DNA from: Oikopleura dioica
Lineage: Eukaryota; Animalia; Chordata
Direction of reading: 5' to 3'
DNA: 64,000 nt
Assembly (NCBI GenBank): GCA_907165135.1
Contig: OU015567.1
Location: 930,001 to 994,000 of the forward strand
Made by a program: the position numbers and the translations under genes. The notes under the pieces were generated by a model, which was not told the origin of the DNA, did no database searches, and saw only the letters and a list, made by a program, of their open reading frames with translations. Position 1 is the stretch's first letter; each line of letters starts with the position of its first letter. Shown piece after piece: positions 46,778-57,043 of the stretch.

Positions 46778-47510
46778 GGGACCCGGTTAGGTAGCGCCGC
46801 GCCGAACTTCAAGCGCTCGCCGTTATTCTTGTGAATGAGATTTTTTTAATTTTCTTTTTGCAAATGATATTTACAGCTCTTCAGCTTTCTCATTCAGTTT
46901 TCGGTTTTTCTTTATCACCACTCATACATGAGCTAGATCAAAAAAGGGGAGCGCAACTTCAAAAGGCATCAAGTCCTGCAAATTTTATTTTATCTTTCAG
47001 AAACCTACCCCATAAAAAAGCCCATTAAATTCTCTACAGGTTCCACCTAATGCGCAAAACTGAAACTGTAGTAATAAGTGATACAGGTCATGCAAACAAA
47101 AATTCCTAGCGCGCGCCCTTCTGGAATCATGTCTCGGGAGCCTAAAATAGCGTCCTGCCGCGCCGCGCCGTGCTGAGCGCGCTAAGATCTCTGGTTTATC
47201 AGCCTTTAATCCGAAATAAGTAATGTTTCAGTTTTGCGCATTAGGTGGAATCTGTAGAGAATTTAATGGGCTTTTTAATGGTGCAGGTTTCTGGAAGATA
47301 AAATAAAATTTGCAGGACTTGATGCCTTTTAAAGTTGCGCTCCTCTTTAATGATCTAGCTCATCAATGAGTGGTGATAAAGAAAAACCGAAAACTGAATG
47401 AGAAAGCTGAAGAGCTGTAGATATCATTTGCAAAAAGAAAATAAAAATCTCATTCACAAGAATAACGGCGAGCGCTTGAAGTTCGGCGCGGCGCTACCTA
47501 ACCGGGTCCC
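46778..47510. mobile_element. 733-bp foldback element with ~290-bp TIRs, TTAA TSD and GG termini
   Basis: Arms 46778-~47066 and ~47225-47510 are near-perfect reverse complements; TTAA 46774-46777 and 47511-47514. Confidence 0.92.
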
Positions 47511-48382
47511 TTAAGGTTCTCCCACCCTTATTTGAACTGAAGCTAGGGTTAGGGTTAGGTTTATACTTAGCGGCTTAAATTGACAAAAAACTGCGTCAAT
47601 TTTGACCGGAATTTTGTGTTAAATTAACATCGAATCAAATTTGCGCATTTAGTCGGTAGAGAAATCAGATTTTCCAAAAACGGTCGCCAAAATCGATTTT
47701 TTTGTCGCAGTCCTTAAAAACCTTTTTATAAATCTTTTTCTTCAAATTTCTTACAAAGCCAGTCCCACTAACATGAAAAACATTGAAGAAGTCGTCCTTG
47801 GATATGCCTTCCTGATCATCTTTTTCGGCTTTCTTTGGTTCATCAATCGATGCGTCATTCAAAGAATATAAAAAAAAATCCACTGTACAGTTCTTTTTCT
47901 TGTGAATACAGAGAAGAAAATCTTTTAGCAATTCATTTGATCGGCGTTAGTTTTAAAAAGAAACTTGCGCCCGATGTAGATTAATTAAAACACGATTTAT
48001 TTGGGAATCAAAATTCGCCTCCCCTAAATCGTCCTCACTCACAACACTGAAAACAAACATGGCTGGATCCGTTGGGCCAGCTTCTCTGAATCTAGCGCGG
48101 CGCAAAATAAACATATTCAACTCAAACTCACTTTTTTTTAATTATGTCAGCTTGATTTTTTAAAAGAAAAAGAAATCCCTTTTTGAGACCAGAAAGATTG
48201 TTGTTTTTGGTATTTCAAGATAATGAGTATAGTGTTTTCTTCGTTAAATTTGTCAATTTTTCTATATAAAATTTTCAAATTTTAGAAAATAATGGTTTCT
48301 ACTTCTGAAAAGCTCTAGAAACAAGCTTGTTGTTTGATAGCTGAGTGTCGAGGACAACAGGGAATCAATTCCCGAAAATTAA

Positions 48383-48540
48383 GGGGATTGTGTCTAGAAC
48401 CAACAAAAAAATTTCGACAAATTTTGCGTGGGCGGCTACTCGGCTGCTGATTGGCTGGTTTGCCGAATCCAGGCTTCTGATTGGTTGAAAATTTCCACGC
48501 AAAATTTGTCAAAATTTTTTGTCGGTTCCAGACACCTCCC
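48383..48540. mobile_element. ~160-bp MITE with perfect 8-bp TSD AAAATTAA
   Basis: TSD at 48375-48382 and 48541-48548; same family as 14992-15282 and 63836-63993. Confidence 0.88.
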
Positions 48541-48619
48541 AAAATTAAGGGGGGGGGGTCCTTAAACTAAAAATTTTTTTTGTCCTTTTAACTGAAAAAA
48601 TTCCTGGTCATTTATTTCC

Positions 48620-49276
48620 GGAAATGGCGAAAGCGTTGAATCATATCAAGCGGCTCAATTCTCGATTGAGCGGCGCTTGAATTTTGCAGTGACATCAGGG
48701 TCGGCGAAGAGAGCGAACCTGTCAGAAGCTGCGAATAAAACCTGAATTTTTGCATTTTTCGCACTTTGAGACTTCTTTTTCACGCTTTTTTTTTTCTCAA
48801 CAAACACTCAACAGGAACAATTAAGCCAAATTGAGTTCATGTCGAAAGTGGTAAACAATGAATACTTTGAAGAAAAAGATCGTTTCTTGCTCATTAATTA
48901 TTGCAGAACAAAGGGTCGCCGTGACGAAAAAACTCATCGAAGGACAATTTTTCTTGGCATTTTCCTTGAGGACATTTGAGCCAAATCTCATCGGGACTTC
49001 TCATTCTTTTTCTTCCTCGCAGTCCACATAGAACGCAGGGTGAATGAATCACCAAATATCTAAAATAAACGGTAAAAATATTCTTTGAGAAAAGAAAACT
49101 TATGCTATCCGTCGACAGTTAGGGTTAGGGTTAGGCCCTAACCTAAGGGAAAAAAGTTAATCGTACCCGCAGGAACAAACTGTCCAGAAAATTTTATTTT
49201 CAGGGTGTAAAAATCTCGCTGGAACAAGTTTTTTCTCTTCATCGATTTTCAGCATCCCAAGTCGAATTTTACTCAT
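48620..49276 (-). CDS. Putative small Cys-rich (zinc-finger-like) protein
   Basis: Exon-like blocks joinable by GT-AG: TVCSCG|YLVIHSPCVLCG...CPQGKCQEKLSFDEF. Confidence 0.3.
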
Positions 49277-49715
49277 ACATCAAACAAAAGCAACATTGAC
49301 TAATGGTCCAATGGAAGGCAAAATTATTTTTGTACCTTTTGAGCTAGCGGTTTTTCGCTCAAAAAGACGCTTAAATTTGCCAAAATTTGCGACTTATCTT
49401 GCATTAGCCACCTCCTGAACAGCTCAAGCCCTCACAACGAGGCTATTATTTCGCATTTTGAATTGAGCCGTGTCTTTACTAACGCATAATTTCAACTGCA
49501 AACGCTTCCTGAAAACACGCGGCTCCTCTTCTCACGTTGGTACTTCTTGTTTTTCGAAAATCAACAACTGTCCAAAAAATTGACCAAATTCCGCCCTCCT
49601 TTCACACGAACACACATTTCTAACTGATTCAATTAAAATATTTACTTGCACATTCTTCTTTTTTCACGTAGCCCGCGAATTTGCCAAGCAGTCAGAAAAA
49701 ATGCCCAGAAATGCG

Positions 49716-50013
49716 TTCTACTGATGGGGTGTTTGATAGCGAAATTTCCATCAGAGCGCTGTGGCGAATCAGAGTGCCTATCTCAAGCGGGCCTGAGTTA
49801 GGCTTGTGAGGCCAGTTACCACACATTTTCTTGGTCGGCGCTCTGATTCGTCAGATGTTGGAAAAACGGGTTACGTGAATCTTATGGAAAATTCGAGAAA
49901 AATTAAACGGACGAATCAGAGCGCCCATCAGTGGGATGTCTGGTTACTAGCCTTACAAGCCCAACCCAGGCTCCGATGAGATTTTTCCGCTATCCAACAC
50001 CCCATCGGTAGAA
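49716..50013. mobile_element. ~300-bp palindromic MITE
   Basis: TTCTAC(T/C)GATGGGGTGTT(T/G)GATAGCG inverted at both ends; no clear TSD. Confidence 0.65.
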
Positions 50014-50107
50014 ATCCGACTCGAAAACTCAATTTCAATATCGCGCTTATCGAAATCCCGTCTCCCGCTGAGTAGGCGTTATGAGCGACGTCGGAGCTTT
50101 CTTACTC

Positions 50108-50745
50108 GACCTAGCTATGCTGAGCTAGCTGAGCTGAGCTGGCTTTCTTCAGAAAAAATGAAAGTGTTATTCGAAAAGAGCCAGCACAACTTAGCCAGAG
50201 TTCGAAACCTGGTAGAAAATCCGTGCTCCCGCTCCCTCCCTGCTCCCTCACCCTGAAAAAAGGGAGCTCCCTCGTCAAACTTAAAAACTTAAAGTCAAAC
50301 TAGATGTTATTTTGGCTAAATATTATTATGAAATTTTAAAAGAGACGTTTATAAATATATATAGTCAAAAAAACGTCTCTTCTAAGAAAAATACTAAAAA
50401 GTTAGCGTTTCTCATTTTTCGGTGCGCAGATTAGATTCTAGACTAAAAATTGTTGATTTTCAAAAAATTTTTGAAATTGGGAGCAAATTGGGAGCTCCCA
50501 ATTTACTCCCAGTACTGTAAACCTGTGCTCCTGCTCCCTCCGTACTCCCAAAAAAGGGAGTACAATTTTACTCCCATAGATTTCGAACTCTGAACTTAGC
50601 TAGCTCAATTTTGACCTCAGCTCAGCTAGTTTGAGACATCGTCAGCTCAGCTCAGCTCAACAATTTTCAAAAAAGCCGTAGCTTAGCTCAGTTCAGCTCA
50701 TTTTCTTTGAAGAAAAAACCAGCTCAGCTCAGCTCAGATAAGGTC
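50108..50745. mobile_element. (CAGCT)n-rich TIR element, host of a nested hAT MITE
   Basis: ~50-bp inverted ends GACC..CTGAGCTGAGCTGG..TTCTTCA..AAAATGA. Confidence 0.6.
50196..50592. mobile_element. hAT-type MITE
   Basis: CAGAGTTCGAAA...TTTCGAACTCTG termini; perfect 8-bp TSD AACTTAGC (50188-50195, 50593-50600). Confidence 0.88.
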
Positions 50746-51777
50746 AGTGGTTTTTAAAATGAGGCCAGCTCAACTCAATTTCACCTCAGCTTAGCTAGCT
50801 CAGCTCAGAAAAAAAAAATTCAAAAATTTGCAGCTTCTCCTTCATCCCTAAAATCAGCCTATAAGAATTGAAGCTTTGTTTTTCTAACGTCCTCACTTCT
50901 TGTTGATAAATATATTGATGCCCTTGTTGGACAAGGTCAAAAAAGCAAACCCTTGAAAATACACACTTAGTCGCCCAAAAACATACAAAAGTTCTTTTTT
51001 GGCGGAGCTTTATTTTTGTTTGATATGCGAGAAAATATTGTTGTTGTTCCAGTTTCACTTTTTTCAGATGATAAGAATCAGAAAAATTCATAATCGGGGA
51101 GCAGGACAGGAAGTTAGATAATCTCCGACGTAACTTTATATGGAGCGAAATTGGAGCTCTTGGGCAGAGATATCATCTGAATTCGCGCTTTATGTTGACG
51201 GAGAAATGTTTGAGCTTACCCTTAGTTGAGAATAATTATATGAGTCCGAGTGAAGAATGGCGCTCTAACTGAAAAAGCTTGAGTGTTTAATCCATCGAGA
51301 TTCGTTTCTTTCCATTCAGTTGTAAGTTGTTTTTCCTTCCCGTCATAATTAAAGACTTCTGTTCTTGCCAAGAACATAATCATTTTGCCTGAGTCAAAGA
51401 ATTAGCAAAGAACAGAAAATAGAATTTCTAACCATCTATGCAGATGGTAAAATCTCCTCTGACATAAGTATAGCCATTTTCATCGTACCGACTCTCCGTC
51501 CCTCCAATTTTTAGATATGAATCCTCAGTATAAATTTCAATATTCGAAGCAAACTAAAATTTTTCAAATAAAATCATAATCTTCGTACTTACTTTTATTG
51601 TAAAATTTCGCATCCCATTTCGATAAGCCGTTATAAGGGAGGAAAATGCGAATTCGTCAATAAATTTTTTGCCTCCTTTATATCCAGATTTATCCTTTTC
51701 CTTGTTATGGCCAAGAATTCTTTAACTTTTAAGAATATTTTCATTTTTAACTATATCCTTAAAATCTAACTATATCC

Positions 51778-52295
51778 TCAAAAAATAACAACTTTCCCAT
51801 ATTCTTCCAAAGACTTCATTTCGGCATCAGTCAGGCCAAAATTTCTTCTTTTCTGTTCATTTTGACTAATTCGCTCTTCTATCATTCTCTGAATATGTTC
51901 AATATTCAAATCTTGTTTTTTTTTCTTCGAGTATTCTCTTCCTTTTTCGTTTTGAATAATTTTTTCTTCAATCATATTTTCAAGCTGTTCAGCTTTGAAC
52001 TCTTGATTTTCAACCCGATTTTCAAGGTCTTCAACTCGTTTTTTTAGCTTGTTTTTTTCCTCTTCGGCGTCAATGATTTTCATTTCAGCATCAGAAAGTT
52101 TCAATTGCAGATTGCGAACTTTATTTTCCAGCATATAATCATTTTTCCTCATTACATCTCTTTTTTCTGAACAAATAAATAAAAAAACGTAAAAAAGATT
52201 ATTCAGCTCTATTCTATTCTCATACCTATGGGATTTAACTCTGACTCGATAACGGCCGTGTCCGCAGATATTAAACTCTCACTGTAGTCGGACAT
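51778..52295 (-). CDS. Uncharacterised coiled-coil protein (partial; further 3' exons likely)
   Basis: Heptad ORF 51778-52152 with an internal repeat MIEEKIIQNEK / MIEERISQNEQ; candidate first exon MSDYSESL. Confidence 0.5.
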
Positions 52296-53525
52296 TTTTG
52301 CTGTCCGAATTGAGTGCTTATTCTTCTTTTCAAAACTACTAAGAGTGCGGTCAATAAAACGGATTTTTACAACCTTGCTTCGTAATTTCCATTTAATCAC
52401 CAATTAATCACCAATTTACCGTTCCATAAAAAGTGAGCAGATAATAATTATACTCACGCTGAATAAATTTATTCAATAATGAGACGATGGCTATAGGAAA
52501 AAGTTTCCTGTAAATATTACGCGTTTCATATTTCTAAAAGCATTTCATTCTCAGATTCTGATGATCTCTTCCCGAGTTTTAAACAGTCCCTCTTATTCCC
52601 TTTCCTCGCTCCAGCTTTTCGTAATCGTGCCGAAAAAACCCTTAGCTTTGTGGCAAATGAAATAACAGAACACGTGAAAGATTTTTGCTCGGGTAATCTA
52701 ATGCTTCATCTTAGTAGAAACAGGTTCCAAACGCAGCTGCTCTTCCAAAATTTCCCCCAAAACAGCTCAAAAAGTTGAGCGCGTATTTCCAACGCCCCAA
52801 ATATTAAATGTCGAAACTTAGCGGATTTTTGCGGTAACTGAAAAATCGACGAAATGAGAGGAATTTCCGCCACGGTTTCTTCTGGAATGCAGGTTTTCGT
52901 AAAAATTAAATGATAAGGAGAAGGTAAGATGTTCAATGGAATTTTTTATTTTTTGATTTTTTGAGAAAAATGCCTTTTTTATGAATTTTATGGCTTAAAA
53001 TAAAAATAAAATAATAAAATTTTTGAAAAAAAAAGAAAAAAAGGTTCAAAAAATGCGAATAAATGTGGAAAATTTTTTTTCAGAATTTTTAACGAAAAAA
53101 ATTTATTTTGAAATTTCTTCTGGCCTGTTATTTAATTATTGACTCGTCCGCAAAAAACCCCTTTCCCTTGAAAACCTTTCTTGAGGCCCGAATTCTTCCC
53201 ATACTTGCGTGAATATGCGCCCAAATTAAGCAATTTCCCTTCAGCTGGCTCAATTCTAGCGCGGCGCGGAAAAAAATGGTGGCGCTGTCGGAAAACAACT
53301 ATGAGCGCTCATGATTATGGCGCGTATAAAACGTGAAGGGATCCAGGAAAAGAATCATCCTTCGTGACTTTCTGAGATTAAGAGAGAAGCAGCTCAACAG
53401 GTAATTTTTAAATCAAGGGGTTAGGGTTGTCAAATTTTTGCAAAAGAAATTTTTCAGTTAGGGTTAGGGTTATCTTTGGATTTTTTTTGCAAAAGTTTAT
53501 TTGATATTTTAAGATTCTGAAAAAT

Positions 53526-54544
53526 ATGAAAACTGTTGGAATTTTCTCCGCACTTTTCGGCTTTGCTGCAGCTCAAGCTCCTCGGCCTACAATGCCTGGA
53601 ACTGTCGATACAATGAGCGAATTCCGTGAAGAATTCGGCACCTTTGTTCCCGAGTCCATCAAGGTAAAAATCAACTACTCTATTCAAAATCTCACTTTTC
53701 TCTAGCTCTTCTCGCCCTTCCGAGACAACGTCATCACGATGGTCTCCCTTGGTCTCAAAGAAAACGGCTTCACCAGACGAGACATTAAAAATGCCTTGGA
53801 AGACATCTTCACCCACGGATGCCACTGCGGATGGAACAAGGGCCGACGTTAGTTTTCCTGACTTTTTCGTTCCAAAATTTTCATGACTCGTTTAGATGCT
53901 TTGGAAAAAACGAAAGTTGTCGTTGATGACCTTGACCAGGACTGCCTAAATTTTGACCACTGCGTCGATTGTCTTAAAATGGACCAGTGTAGTATTGAAA
54001 CTCTAGAATTTTCTCCACTTGTCGAGAAAAATAAGCCAGTTTCTTGCGATAATTTGGCCGGCGACTCTTGTCAGGAATCGTGCTCTTATGATTCATCAAA
54101 AAATTTTACAAAAAAAAAATTAAAATATGTTAATAAAAATTTCGATATCTCAAGCTAAGAGCCTAAAAAGTACAATACCTGCCTTTGCTCAAAGAATCTT
54201 GCCGACAAGATTTTAGAGAAAATCGTCGGATCAGGAGAATACCCCTTCGTTGGCCTTTCCTTCACTGAATTTCACGATCAATGCATGAAGCGCGACCCGG
54301 TCGATGTCAACACTCAACTCAGAAAACCAAAAGTCAATGTAAGCCGAGATTTTTCCTTGCCTCCTTTCATCCCTTTTCCTAGTCGGATGCTGAGAGACAA
54401 TGCTGCGGCGCCTACCCTAACCGAGCTCCTTTCACTTACAAACCAAACGGCCTAGCTTGTTGCGCTGGAACCACCCTTTACGAGCAAAAAGACGAAACTT
54501 GCTGCTCAAGCGGCCAGATTTTCCCGATCGGCGAAGTTTGCTAA
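53526..54544 (+). CDS. Secreted phospholipase-A2-like protein with Cys-rich CC-repeat tail; probably inactive
   Basis: Signal peptide; HGCHCGW; DDLDQDCLNFDHCVDC; tail CCGAYPNRAPF...CCAG...CCSSGQIFPIGEVC. Confidence 0.7.
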
Positions 54545-54731
54545 TTTCAAAATTTTGATTTGAAATTTCTATCTTCTGCCTAACTTCAGATTAACTAACT
54601 AGACAACTAACAATTGTTTTTAAAAATTTTGTGAAAAGCTGTACAACTAAACTTGTAAATAAATGTCTCAATCGATTGAAAAATATCTCATAACTGTACT
54701 GATGAAAAAATGAAAAAAACATTTTGACAGT

Positions 54732-56509
54732 TTAATATGGGATCCAGGCGGTTTCGTGAAGCCAGTCGTTGATGTCTTCTTGGGTGATGTCAGTGAAAAC
54801 AACTAAAAAAAATAATACTTGATTCTAGTTATCCTAAAAAACCTGGAAGAGAAGCATCACAAGAAGGATCAGCGAAACTCATGATTCCGGTTATTTTCGC
54901 CTCGTCGTTCTCATCGATTGTGACTAAAGCTCCACCAGCGTCTTCATCACAGGCTCCAATTCGAACAGCATTCTTTCGGAACGGACAGGGGTCGAAGGGC
55001 TTGAGCCAGGAGTTCTCGTTGTTTCCAGGTCGGAACTCAGTGCTTCGACGAAGCTGGAACTTTGAGTTGTTGTTGACACTCGTGACTCCACCGCAATCGT
55101 TCGTCATCAAGCACGTGATCTAAGAATGCATCTTCTCAATTCAGAAAATTGTGAAACCAACCTGAGCTTCTTCGAGAGTATCTTTTTCAACCAATCCAGT
55201 ACTCGGCGGATATCCTCCCAAATACATGCCCTCTCCGTAGATCCACTTGTCAAGTGGAGTACAGAGCTCGATATCTCCCGGTTCTCGGCAATATCGAGCT
55301 GGCTTCAAAAAGACATTGACGCCTTGGGAAGGAACTCGGAACTGGCCTTTTCGAAGAGTGTAGCTGCCATCTTTTTTAATGTTTTAAACACCATAAAGGA
55401 TTTGGTAATTTGATTGGTAGATAGTTTTTTGGTGAATCTTAATTGACTTATTTCGAAGAGCTCCAGGTACCCCTAGACTGGTCATAAATTCTTGCTTTAA
55501 AAACTTAGGACTCTATTAAACTACTCAAAAAACATTTCCTTTGAAAGCGACGCCAGTACAGAACGGCTCCTGAATGCAAGCATCTTTTGCCAAATTCCCA
55601 TTATCAAACTCCTCAGATCCTTCAACAACGCCAGCAAGTTCTTCATTCGAGACCATTTCCCACTCATTGAATTGGGCGCACCACTCTTGATCCGATGGAG
55701 TCGCGCAAAAGTGAGTAGAAGTCATGCCAGGAGCGAATGAACAGCCGGTCTTGTACTGTGTCAGTTGAAGATTTGTGACTTCCGACCAGCCGCCGAGTTG
55801 GGCTAAAGCATTGTCCTTGTAACTGCCGACTTTGGCAAGGCGAATCGGCTTGGCGAACTCGGACGGGGTGAATGGAGAAGAGACCTTGACAGCAGCGACA
55901 TCGTATTCTTGGGTTTCAGCGTTGTACTTTCTGTCGGGTAATGAATCACATCACAAATAATAGCCTCATTTCTTTTATAAATCAAAATGGCCCGATCCTG
56001 GGGCATGTTGAATTTCTCTCTGATTCCGACTTGAATTCCTCGTTGCCAGCTGACATTTCCGTAGAGAGCCAAATAATTTGTACTTTTTTTGTTCAATTTT
56101 TTTGTACAGAACAGTTTAATAACTCTCTCAAAAATTCATCATTTCATTATATCAGAGATCACGAAGCTACAACTGTTTTTAATAAATAATCATTTAAAAT
56201 TGCCAAAGTTAAAATATTTGTAATTTGAAAGGAAATAAAAATTATGGTCTTTCTCTGATTGATTTTTTGCTTACAAACTGTTTGTAAAGTATCTTTTCTT
56301 TAGAAAAAATTTGAATCAATCCTCAAGTTACAAGCAGCACTAGTGACAAACCATTCTAGATTGACCATATTTCCGGAGCAGAAAACCCTCTCATTCGCCA
56401 TTAGAGCGAGTCTGTACGGCACCTCTCCATTTACCGCGTCATAACCTTCGGTCAAAAACTCCGAGGCAAGTCTCAAGCCAATTTCGGTCACTCTCATTTC
56501 GTCACTCAA
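54732..56509 (-). CDS. Trypsin-fold pseudo-protease with a ~180-aa two-repeat insertion; 5' end unresolved
   Basis: GEVPY, FCSGNMVNLEWFVTSAAC, EYDVAAVKV, PIRL, GGWS, THFCA, GACDEDAGGALV, TGIMSF, VFTDI...WL. Confidence 0.8.
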
Positions 56510-57043
56510 AGTTCAGTAACTCAATGATTCTGAATTCGGAAGAACCAACACTGATCTTGAATCATGGCAGTTGGCCTTCTTCTCATGCTGCATCGCATTC
56601 TTTTCTGTTTCATGAGTTTATTTATTCAAGTTTTATTCAGATAAATAAGGGTTCTTGAATTTTTATTTGTCAAGTTTCATGCTAAAATTAAATGCCTAGG
56701 GAGATTTTTAATGAAAATTCGACTTGTTTTGATTTTATGACGATAATTGGTCATGAGAAAGTGACAACAACGAGGATTTGAAGAACTGATTAACAAGAAT
56801 CCCTGGTCTTGATGAACGCTTTGAAAATAGTTGATAAATAAAAAACATATACTAAAAATATTTGCTTCCCGGCTTGAAGTTGCCGGTTTCATTTGGCAAT
56901 CTTCGCATTTTTTCTTTCTTGACAGAGCCAGTCTCTATTTGTTGCAGATTATTTGTCAATGAAACGTCAGCCCTTTTGCTTTGTATATATTTGCATTGAA
57001 AATCATAGAAGCCGGTTGCTTTCCCTTTTTGAAGCCATTCACG

